This document shows, piece after piece, positions 1-9,753 of a DNA stretch of 32,977 bases. How positions within the stretch are numbered: the stretch's first letter is position 1; each line of letters begins with the position of its first letter. The stretch lies in assembly GCF_001194135.2 (NCBI RefSeq), contig NC_068989.1, positions 42,875,255 through 42,908,231 on the forward strand, given 5' to 3'. The DNA comes from Octopus bimaculoides. Taxonomy: Eukaryota. Position numbers and translations under genes: made by a program. Below the pieces are notes generated by a model, which had not been told where the DNA came from, made no database searches, and was given only the letters and a program-made list of their open reading frames with translations.

Positions 1-310
1 GTATGTATGTATATATGTATGTATATATGTATATATCTGCATTGATATTGATATATATATATATGCATAAGTAAATATGCACACACATCACACAGGTGCG
101 CACACATATAGACACACGCACAGAAACAAACAACTTTTCTCAATAACATGTAATTGAATTAACAATTCTCTGGCTAAGTTTAATTTTTCTTAATAAGTTT
201 TCATATAACCTTATCAGTCGCTTTTGTTTTGCATAAAATAATAACCTTCATAATTCATCAACGTTTCCTCATTCTCTCATATTTACAATATCATTGCAGC
301 GGAAGACTGT

Positions 311-354
<44 letters not shown>

Positions 355-502
355 TTCTTGATGTGATGTCGTGTTTTTAAACAGATATTGTTGTATTTGG
401 AGATGGTTATGTTGCCAGTTTAGCCAATAAAAAACACACGCACTATGTACTTGGTGTTAAATTGCTTCAGCTTTATTTTATTTTTTACATTAATTGTATT
501 TT

Positions 503-547
503 GGCAAGAGTTTTTTCGTTACGCCTCTGTGACCTCATCAGTGGTCC
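503..547 (-). ncRNA. Second hammerhead-like core copy in the inverted PLE arm
   Basis: Minus strand reads GGACCA-CTGATGA-GGTCACAGAGGCGTAAC-GAAA-AAACTC-TTGCC; more decayed than the plus copy. Confidence 0.45.
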
Positions 548-910
548 TTTGCTTTTTTACTTTCTTATTCGTGTGTCTTTCTTTACTAACGATCATCCAT
601 TTTGTATTTTGTATTCCTATTGTATGTCTTTATTTGCGCATGCGTATACCCCACCGTGTGTCTATGTTTAGTAAGTACATGTATGTGTGGGGGGAGTGCC
701 TGTATTATCTGTATCCCCTGTTTATACACGTTGGTTTAATTTGTTTTTATTTACTTTGTTCATGTGTTTATACCTACTTATTTTTTTTATTCTTTCTTTA
801 TTTGTGTATTTAGTTTAATTTAATTTTGTCATCGTATATAGTATATTTAATTCTATTTGTTTATCTGTGTATTGTATTATATCGGTTTATGGGGATCTTA
901 TTCTGTCATA

Positions 911-1015
911 TGTTTTAGTGGCATTGTCAGTAATAGCTGAGTTCCAGTGGATCAGGTATTTGGAGGCCATAGGTTTGGCAAAGTGTGAATGAAGGATTCG
1001 GGTTTTATTATTCTC
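911..1015 (-). pseudogene. PLE reverse-transcriptase thumb-region fragment
   Basis: Minus-strand translation ENNKTRILHSHFAKPMASKYLIHWNSAITDNATKT resembles the PLE RT KP(M/T)....(L/I)H..SA motif. Confidence 0.6.
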
Positions 1016-1019
1016 CTAC

Positions 1020-1439
1020 CCTTTTAGTAGAACCCCCTGTACTGATAGGAACTATACTGTATGTAGATTTAGCCCACAAACAGACTGTAAAGCCAGAAAT
1101 GTAGTCTATAGTATAAGATGTACAGAGGGACGATGCAGTAACAAGACAACGACGTAAGTAGGGGAAATGGCACACAGCATAGGAGAGCAGGTAAATAACC
1201 ATTGGAGGGAACTTAGGGAAGAGAAGAGCTCATCGGTTCTGTATCAGCACGCCGACCAGGAACACGGGGGCTCACTCAACAACATAGAAGTTAAAATCTT
1301 CACCACACATAGAACAGACGCAACGCTTAGACATATTACAGAAGCTACACACATAATAGAAGATAAACCTAGCCTGAATAGGAAACTGGAATGGAACACT
1401 AGCACACACCCCAACACACCACAACATATGACAGAATAA
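1020..1439 (+). pseudogene. PLE GIY-YIG endonuclease, inactivated by an in-frame TAA (1155-1157) at the Tyr of the YIG-equivalent motif (YVGE)
   Basis: NVVYSIRC...C...(Y)VGE, His residues of the CCHH motif (NNHW, YQHA), catalytic-type R..TEA and terminal N.K.EW. Confidence 0.85.
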
Positions 1440-1824
1440 GATTCCCATAAACTGATAACAAAATATAATGAACAAAATATATGAACAAAATATAATACAA
1501 TACACAGATAAACAAATAGAATTAAATAACTATATACGTTAACAAAATTAAATTAAATTAAATCCAAAAAGAGAGAATTGAAAAAATAACAAGTAGGTAT
1601 AAACACATGAACAAAATAAATAAAAACAAATTAAACGAACGTGTATTAACAGGGAATACATATAATACAGGCACTCCCCCACATACATACACGCACTTAC
1701 TAAACATAGACACACGTAGGGGTATACGCATGCGCAAATAAAGACACATGCAATAGGAATACAAAATACAAAATGGCTGATCGTTAGTAAGGAAAGACAC
1801 ATGAATAAGAAAGAAGAAAGCAAA

Positions 1825-1864
1825 GGACCACTGATGAGGTCACAGAAGGTGGACGAAAGAACTC
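1825..1864 (+). ncRNA. Hammerhead-ribozyme-like core in the PLE 3' arm (degenerate or disrupted)
   Basis: CTGATGA (1831-1837), stem II GGTCAC-AGAAG-GTGGAC, GAAA (1855-1858), then GAACTC. Stem I cannot be fully rebuilt. Confidence 0.55.
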
Positions 1865-2026
1865 ACACACGCACACGCACACATATATTTATGCATACAT
1901 ATTCAAATATGTGTGTCTGTCGGTCCGTCTGTGCCTGTGTCTGTGTGCACGTCAGATCACAAATCGATGCCACTAGTTACATGTAATCCAGTATAACCTG
2001 TATCATGGTCAGGCCATCGTGACGAA
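1861..2026 (+). repeat. 166-bp dispersed direct repeat, copy 1 (interrupts the PLE arm)
   Basis: Identical to 7430-7595 except for 4 substitutions. Confidence 0.95.
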
Positions 2027-2425
2027 ATACGATTAACGTAAAAAATAAAATAAAGCTGAAGCAAATTAACACCATATATACAGTGCGTGTGTTTTTATTG
2101 GCTAAACTGGCAACATGACCATCCCCAAATACAACAATATATATACATATATATATATATTTTTTTATATATATAGCCATAGAAATTTACTCAAGTGGTA
2201 AGACATTTTTGCATCCAACGGGTGTCATTTAGACAAGACAGAATCATTGGGTAAAAACGTGTTGCAAATCATAAGGAGGCAAACTCTGTTACTAAAGTAT
2301 GTGACTATGCCATAGAATACCGCAATCGCTTCATTGAAGAACGTATGTATTCTTTGTTTTTTTATCTGCGTTCTTACATATATATATATACACACACACT
2401 TACACATATATTCATGTATTTATAG

Positions 2426-2426
<1 letters not shown>

Positions 2427-2457
<31 letters not shown>

Positions 2458-2532
2458 TCCTATGAAGTCGTCACCCGCAAGAATATATACATACATATGT
2501 TTGTGTAGATAGATAGATAGAAAGATAGATAC

Positions 2533-2585
<53 letters not shown>

Positions 2586-2596
2586 GAGATAGATAG
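2427..2596 (+). repeat. (GT)n and (GATA)n microsatellites
   Basis: Read directly from the sequence. Confidence 0.95.
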
Positions 2597-2658
2597 AAAG
2601 ATGTGTGTTTGTGTATATGAATGTGTGTGTATATGTATGTACAAACAAACTCACACAC

Positions 2659-3060
2659 GGCGAGCTGGCAGAAACGTTAGCACGCCGGGCGAAATGCTTA
2701 GCGGTATTTCGTCTGCCGTTACGTTCTGAGTTCAAATTCCGCCGAAGTCGACTTTGCCTTTCATCCTTTCGGGGTCGATAAATTAAGTACCAGTTACGCA
2801 CTGGGGTCGATGTAATCGACTTAATCCGTTTGTTTGTCCCCTCTATGTTTAGCCTCTTGTGGGCAATACAGAAATAGGTATTTCGTCTACCGCTACGTTC
2901 TGAGTTCAAATTCCGCCGAGGTCGACTCTGCCTTTCATCCTTTCGGGGTCGATTAAATAAGTACCAGTTACGCACTGGGGTCGGTATAATCGACTTAATC
3001 CATTTGTCTGTCCTTGTGTGTCCCCTCTGTGTGTAGCCCCTTGTGGGCAGTAAAGAAATA
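2659..3060 (+). mobile_element. tRNA-derived SINE family A: full monomer followed by a second monomer lacking the A-box
   Basis: A-box-like TGGCAGAAACG, B-box GTTCAAATTCC, core GCCTTTCATCCTTTCGGGGTCGATAAATTAAGTACCAG; 2877-3060 repeats 2703-2876. Confidence 0.9.
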
Positions 3061-3340
3061 ACACACGTATACATACATACACACTGACCCATATTCACAT
3101 ATAAAATAATACTCGTGCTTTGCATACTAATGAGATGGATAATCTTTTACTAGTGCATTGAAAGAGAAGTTATCTCTCGCTGATTCATTGAGCTGTCAAT
3201 GTGTTAAAAACGCTAAGTCACATTACGACCAGTTTTTGAGAGGAATGTTTCTATTACCAGTCGTCATAGTAATATAAGTGAAGAGATGTTGATTCTTACA
3301 AAGATTATTTCAAATCTTTCAAGAATCGCTCGGGTGTTCT

Positions 3341-3759
3341 TATTCTTTTATTTGCTTCAATCATTTGGTTGCGGCCATGCTCGAGCACCACCTCGAAAGG
3401 TTTTAGTCGAACAAATCGATGTCAGGACTTTTAAGCCTAACACTTTTCTTATCGGATTTCTTTTGCCGAACTACTAGGTTACGGGGACCTAACACACCAA
3501 CACCGGTTGTCAAACGGTGACGGGGAGGGAGGAGAAAGACAGACACAAAGACAAACACACACGCGCAAGCATACACACACACACACACACATATTTATAC
3601 GTGCGACGAGTTTCTTTCAGTTTCCCTCTACCAAATCCACTCACAAGGCTTTGGTCGACCCGAGGCTATACTAGAAGAAACTAACCCACAGTGCCACGCA
3701 ATGAGACCGAACCCGGAACCATGTGGTTGGGAAGTAAGCTTCTTACCACGCAGCTACGA
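3341..3759 (-). mobile_element. tRNA-derived SINE family B
   Basis: Minus strand GTAGCTGCGTGGTAAGAAGCTT...GGTTCCGGGTTCGGTCTC...GCCTTGTGAGTGGATTTGGTAG...CATGGCCGCAACC; also at 17620, 22665, 8521 and 32397. Confidence 0.9.
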
Positions 3760-3892
3760 CTGGATTTTGATGCATTATCAGGCTGTCTCAGAAAATGCTG
3801 CAATTAAGAATGCTCTAATCAGTTTTGTGACCTTGTGAAGAAGGGTAATTCTCTTCACAACAGGCTAATAATTGTGCTGACATCAGCTTTAG

Positions 3893-3972
3893 TTGTGTGT
3901 GTAAGCGTGTGTGTGTAAGCGTGTGTGTGTAAGCGTGTGTGTGTAAGCGTGTGTGTGTAAGCGTGTGTGTGT
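3893..3972 (+). repeat. 14-bp tandem repeat (GTGTGTGTGTAAGC), about 5 copies
   Basis: Read directly from the sequence. Confidence 0.95.
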
Positions 3973-5615
3973 AGTATCATTTATGAGGGCCTGTATTAAT
4001 CAAGAGAAGATGAAATTTTCAGGACATTAACCGGTGAACAGTGATAGGCTGACTTTAGTTTTCTGTGCCCGTGGCGAAAGGGATTTGATTGTGAAACACC
4101 TAGGGTATTAGAGAAGTTCAGGACCTCTAACAAGATCAAGAATAGGTATGATGTTCAGTGACCTCTATGTTGAAGGCTTTGGTTACAGAAACTTATTGCG
4201 TGATTTTTTGATGTGTTTGCAACCGTCGTACCTCAAAGAAATGTCCCTTTGACGGGTCTTGTTCTTGAAAAGGCTCCGAAATATCCGTCTAACCATATAT
4301 GCAAATGCTACAAGAGTTCTATTTTGTGATATTCCATTTCCCGCCATCCAGTATCACTCCTCTACTGCAGCTATGGGCCAACAGTTGGATGTAAATTAAT
4401 AAAGAAGTTTCAAAGTTTTGTTTTAAATCGATTTCCAGTGTTGTAACTTAAAAAGAACTTCAAAGAAACCCCTTCCTTCAACAGTGTAAGATGGCGTTTG
4501 TTTAATGGTAAACTCATGAAGTGATTTTCTAAGTGCTTCAACTCTTCGTGACGGGTATTGTTGTTTTATGATGTTTCTTCAAGAAGACTTATAAATGTTT
4601 GGAATTAAAGAATTTTTTTGTTACAGGATTTGTTATTGAAGAAATTGCTTGTTTGGACAATTCCATGAGTTTGGAGTAAACGAAGAGACTGTGAGTGACT
4701 TGGTCACAAAATGTCGACGACCTAAAGAAGTTTCATCGAGAAATCATTAAATCCATGGAATAAACTGATCTCTGGAGAAGAGAACAATAAATAAATAAAA
4801 ATGAGAGCAGCTAAAGAAGGACATCTTTTTCTGACCTGACCTCGCAAACTTTGTGTGAACCTGTCAGAATTCCATTGGGAATATTTAATCAGATGTCAAC
4901 TATTTTTCTGGTAATGTGTGACAATACCGATAGACTATTTAGAAGAGTAGGATGCGGTACTCCGTTTTGGATACTTTCTGTATGAAAGTGACACAACATC
5001 CTTCTACACATTTAACGTTCCCGTACGAACAGAAGCCGGTTATAATAATCCTGTAGAAGATAGTTCTCTTAAAAGGCTGAGACAAGATTACTGCTCTTCT
5101 CTTTCTCAGTAACTTCTTCTTCCACCTCTCTCCTGCTGTCATTCATTTCCCCATACAGCTTGTCAAGCTCGAATGAGAAATTCAGTTTTAAATTAATTAA
5201 TAATATTTTACTATTTAAATTTTTAATTTGCATTTTTTTTCCTAACTTTAATTAATCTTTGATTCCTTTTACAGATTATTTATGTTATTTATCATAACAA
5301 TTTTAATGTTAGATCTTAATGTCTGTTCGCTCTTATATCTCGTTGGCAGGAGAGCTTTTAAATGATATTTCTATACATTCATTACTATTTTGTTTTGTTT
5401 TTTTCTTGTCTTTAAACCTGTTCATTAATATTTTATTCTATGTTTATTACAGTAATTTTGTAATATGCATTTACTATTTATCAAATATTTACGACCTGTT
5501 AATATCTTAAAAGGGTGAGTTGGGTATAGAATATCGGTTTATGTTGGAATAAATTAGATACGAATCTAGAGGATCGGGGAAAAAGGTGCTTCGTGCTATC
5601 TATCTCCGCCCCACC

Positions 5616-5649
<34 letters not shown>

Positions 5650-5662
5650 CCACAAATATATA

Positions 5663-5872
5663 TTAGTTTCTAATTTTGGCACAGGACTAGCAATTTCGGA
5701 GGAATGAGTAAGTTGATTTCATCTACCCCGGAGCTCAACGGATCTTATTTTATCGGCACCGAAAGGATGGGATGCCACGTTGTCCTCGGCAAAATTTGAA
5801 CTCTCAACGTAAAGACGAACGAAAAGCCGCTGAGTATTTTGCCCGGCCTGATAACGATTCTGCCGGCTCGAC
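5663..5872 (-). mobile_element. SINE family A, diverged, alternative tail type
   Basis: Reverse complement of the head (GAGCCGGCAGAATCGTTATC), B-box region and core; tail TGTGCCAAAATTAGAAAC. Confidence 0.8.
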
Positions 5873-5873
5873 T

Positions 5874-5942
<69 letters not shown>

Positions 5943-6211
5943 NNNNNNNNNNNNNNNNNNNNNNNNNNNNNNNNNNNNNNNNNNNNNNNNNNNNNNNNNN
6001 NNNNNNNNNNNNNNNNNNNNNNNNNNNNNNNNNNNNNNNNNNNNNNNNNNNNNNNNNNNNNNNNNNNNNNNNNNNNNNNNNNNNNNNNNNNNNNNNNNNN
6101 NNNNNNNNNNNNNNNNNNNNNNNNNNNNNNNNNNNNNNNNNNNNNNNNNNNNNNNNNNNNNNNNNNNNNNNNNNNNNNNNNNNNNNNNNNNNNNNNNNNN
6201 NNNNNNNNNNN
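5943..6211. other. Assembly gap (others at 21482-21616, 26143-26627, 27641-27650, 28639-29024, 31082-31175)
   Basis: N runs, mostly abutting microsatellites. Confidence 0.99.
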
Positions 6212-6779
6212 ATATAAATATATATATATAAAATATATATACATTGCTAGTTTCACCTATTTGGTGTTACGTTACTTGGTTCTTTCTATAATATTTTGTC
6301 CATTGAATTACATATATATATATATATATATATAATTCTACATTTTTCCTTCTTTGCCCAGCCTATCAAGCCTGCCGTTTGACTACTCCATCAACATAAC
6401 TTCATTTCCTACAGGAAAATTTATTGACAGGCAAAATTGCCAAAAAAAAAAAAAGGAATTGGTCGTCCACCAAATCTCATGGTAAATATAGTTTCGTTAT
6501 TTGCATCCATGTATATATAAAAATATTCTCTTAGGATATAGAATTTAAAAGAATTATTCCTTCAACCAAATTTAGAATTGGGAACGAGTGACATATATTA
6601 TTGATAGTATCTACATATATTCTATGGAATGTTTGCGAAGGGGAATTGTTTAAGTTTCCCGAGAGCCATATATTTCCACACGGCTTTGATTATCTGATTG
6701 AAGCAGACTTAAAGTAAGCTTGACTGCTTCTTCAAGTATGTCGAGCGACCACATAAAGGGTCCCGCCATGGCTTCCTTT

Positions 6780-7085
6780 GTAACTATAAAATGATCAACA
6801 ACTGTAGCAGTTAAGATAGGTTAACGGTGCAGACCTGAGAATACTTCGTGAAGTTCTGAATTTGTCTTAGCAGCAACATCCTACATAGCAGAAACTATAT
6901 GGCAGCCTTCCTACCATCAACTCGGTGATCAGAGAAAGAACGTGATATGTAGAACGCTGCTAGAGAAGCAAAGATGAAATATCCAGCGATCTCCTTTTCT
7001 GGAAACCTACGAACATGGCGTGGAAGAGGCGCATTTGTACGAGCAAGTCACTCAACCAGGTTGACACCAGTATTCGATTTCTTAT
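6780..7085 (+). mobile_element. RTE-clade LINE, C-terminal remnant
   Basis: From 6838: RILREVLNLS*QQHPT*QKLYGSLPTINSVIRERT*YVERC*RSKDEISSDLLFWKPT, the typical RTE post-RT region with several stops. Confidence 0.8.
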
Positions 7086-7429
7086 GTAGGTGAATAGCCC
7101 CAAATGTGTAATGAGATATAAATGATTACATCATTCTCACTACACAATTTGTACTTATTTTTCCGACTACCGAAAGACGACAGTCGAAGACAACCAGTAC
7201 GGGCTTTGAGCATTAAAATATACCGTTAAAACTTGCACGAGGTTTTGTCCGTTATTCTACCAACTCTACCAACGCATCTACTAAATAGTTATATAGTGGG
7301 TGTAGTGCATATCAATGTCTCTAATGTCTCTAACAGAGAGTAGTAAATGATAGATTCATATATATAATATGGGTATAGTTTACTACTGTGCATTATATTA
7401 GAAGTATTCATACACACACATGCACCCAC

Positions 7430-7595
7430 ACTCACACACGCACACGCACACATATATTTATGCATACATATTCAAATATGTGTGTCTGTCGGTCAGTCTG
7501 TGCTTGCGCCTGTGTGCACGTCAGATCACAAATCGATGCCACTAGTTACATGTAATCCAGTATAACCTGTATCATGGTCAGGCCATCGTGACGAA
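7430..7595 (+). repeat. 166-bp dispersed direct repeat, copy 2
   Basis: Matches 1861-2026 (ACTCACACACG...GGCCATCGTGACGAA). Confidence 0.95.
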
Positions 7596-7730
7596 GATAA
7601 CGTTGTCTCTAGCCTAGCCTAGTGAGGTGGCTTGCTATACAGCTAGCAGGAGGAAAGGCACACAGCTAGCAGGGTGTGTGTTAAAAAGTGAATGGAACGA
7701 GTATAGGGATAACGACTACGTAGTAACAAT

Positions 7731-7896
7731 TGTTTTAAATTTTGGCACAAGGCCAGCAAATTCAGGGATGTGGGTAAGTCGAAAGAATGAAAGGCAAAGT
7801 CGACCTGGGCAGAATTTGAACACAGAATGTAAGGACGGACAAAATGCCGCTAAGCATTTTGCTGCGTGTGCTAACTATTCCACCATCTCGCCGCCT
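7731..7896 (-). mobile_element. SINE family A, internally deleted
   Basis: Plus strand GAAAGGCAAAGTCGACCTGGGCAGAATTTGAAC...GCCGCTAAGCATTTT...CTCGCCGCC. Confidence 0.8.
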
Positions 7897-8520
7897 ACAA
7901 CGTAGTAACATTGCGCAGGGGACGTAGCAATACACGAGATAGCAATTGGAATGCTGTCGGACCACTTGAGAGTGATGAGCCCCTATGATTTAGTCAGAAT
8001 ATAAATCTAAGAACGTGAAAAAGCTAGTGTTTTAGTAGGATGCTTTAGTCGTCTAAAACTTGAAGGATACTTTAATATAAAACGTCTGGTTGGTGCTTCT
8101 GCGGGTAATTACGATTTTACCTTCTCATTAAGCTGTGGTATCTTATTGTTAGATAGCGGTACTATTTCTGTTGTACAAGTGTCTATCATTTTAATTTTAA
8201 CGTTGTACATGTACTTTCAAATTTGAAAATTATAAAGTATCTGATGATGAGATCAATATAAAAGTATTATTATCCATCTCCATTTGGCACAGTCTTTTGA
8301 GGATGTTGGGAGTATACAGTTACAAAGCAGCATATTAAGCAACAGGAGATTCATCTTAACATCGTTTTCTTCAATCTTGTCGGTTAAAGGAATTGGGTGA
8401 AATCACGCATGTTGGAGCAACCTGATTCAGGGACAGCACTACTCAACTAAATTACCAGAAAGGAACGAGAAATGGTGTCCTTGGTATTCATTGTGCCGTA
8501 TGTGTGTGTGTGCGCGCGAG

Positions 8521-8634
8521 CGCGCGTTAAGAAGTTTGTTTCCCAACCACATGGTTCTGGGTTCAGTCCCACTGCGTGACAGCTTGCGTGCGTGTCTTCT
8601 ACTATAGGCTCAGGCTTTGTGAGTGAATTTGGTT
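8521..8634 (+). mobile_element. SINE family B head fragment
   Basis: AAGAAGTTTGTTTCCCAACCACATGGTTCTGGGTTCAGTCCCACTGCG...TTTGTGAGTGAATTTGG. Confidence 0.85.
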
Positions 8635-8685
8635 TTAAATTGTGACTAGCCACTTTAATAATTTATATCTATATATCTATATATA

Positions 8686-9587
8686 CAGGGTGCGTAAGAT
8701 ATTTGAGGACAGATTTATGTTTATAAAAAAAACATGTATAATAACAGATAATAACTTTATTTATCTAACAATGCTATGAGGATAACAATAAACCTTCTTT
8801 TCTATCATGTTATTCAATAAAGTCTCCTTTAGGTTCAATAACTGCTTCTATATGTGATCTAAATCATTTGTGCATGCTCGAATCATGTGGTCCTTGTTCA
8901 TTTTGGACATTACTATGACTATGGCAGGTTTAAAACAATCTTTGGGGTTATTGGGCATGTTCAGTGACCACTCTCTCAACAACTCTCCACATGTAATAGT
9001 CCAATGGATTGAGATCTGAGGAATTAGGAGGCCAAATATTAAGGGTTATGTGATCATGAAAATATTCAGCCACCCATTCCTGTGTTACTAGAGCCATGTG
9101 TGATACTGTAGTCTTACTGAAACACATATGGCCTTCCATTGCATACACTGTCGATCCAGGGCTTAACAATTGTTTCTAGGAACTCAATGTAGGTGGCAGA
9201 GTTAACTCTAAGGCCTTGTGGAAAGAAGTAAGGAGTCATCACATGTCCTTCATTGCTGACAACCCCTAAAACCATGACAGTTGCAGGATATTTTGTATGT
9301 ATAACACTTGGAACTTCCGAAGGGTCTGCACATAACCATCTGTCATTTCTTCTGTTAACTTTTTGGTCTTGATCGAAGTTTTTCTCGTTTGAGAAAAATG
9401 AAGTCAAAACTTCTGCTGGATTTTTCAGTTTGTTTAAGAGCTTTTAGATCTGATGTAGTGATTTTCTTTTGCTTTTTCTGACGTAAATTGACATTTCCTC
9501 GTCTTCAGTCTCTAACTCGCTACGAACTTTGTACATGAAAGATCTGGCAAATTTTAAAAATCAAGATATTTCTAAATTGCTATACTC
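8686..9587 (-). mobile_element. Tc1/mariner DD37D (maT-type) transposon remnant, 3' TIR only
   Basis: TA|CAGGGTG end at 8684-8692; FFSNEKNF, VMVLGVVS, frameshifted (Q)QD..SH, WPPNSSDLNPLDY with about 37 residues between the second and third Asp; HTH remnant up to 9587. Confidence 0.9.

Positions 9588-9589
<2 letters not shown>

Positions 9590-9659
<70 letters not shown>
9590..9659 (+). repeat. (GATA)n microsatellite
   Basis: Read directly from the sequence. Confidence 0.97.
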
Positions 9660-9753
9660 GGAGAAACAGAGAGGAGAAACAGAGATAAGAAACACATAGG
9701 GAATTTCTTATATTTGTCTTTGTCGCATTTAACCCTGGTTTTACAACACTATA

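Larger units (their letters stand above)
385..2140 (+). mobile_element. Rearranged Penelope-like element (PLE): inverted 3'/pseudo-LTR arm (385-914), minus-strand RT-thumb fragment (915-1015), plus-strand GIY-YIG endonuclease (about 1016-1439) and 3' arm (1423-2140)
   Basis: 385-914 is the reverse complement of 1423-2140 once 1865-2020 is removed. The plus frame reads PFSRTPCTDRNYTVCRFSPQTDCKARNVVYSIRCTEGRCSNKTTT*VGEMAHSIGEQVNNHW...VLYQH...LRHITEATHI...NRKLEW, matching the PLE GIY-YIG/CCHH layout. Confidence 0.85.

Noticed and set aside
445-813. 122-aa hydrophobic ORF and its paralogues at 1548-1823 and 1977-2180
   Set aside because: They are the T-rich antisense reading of the PLE 3' arm; frames are not conserved between the two arms.
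2659-2740. tRNA-like A and B boxes in SINE heads
   Set aside because: No complete cloverleaf, and each continues into a SINE body; not tRNA genes.
2460-3125. 221-aa ORF with an internal repeat
   Set aside because: Antisense reading of the dimeric SINE plus (GATA)n.
3893-3972. Regular repeat as a CRISPR-like or telomeric array
   Set aside because: No unique spacers and not TTAGGG; an interrupted (GT)n amplified as a 14-mer.
7950-8480. Possible LINE endonuclease remnant on the minus strand
   Set aside because: Only a VTVYS-like word was seen; insufficient support.
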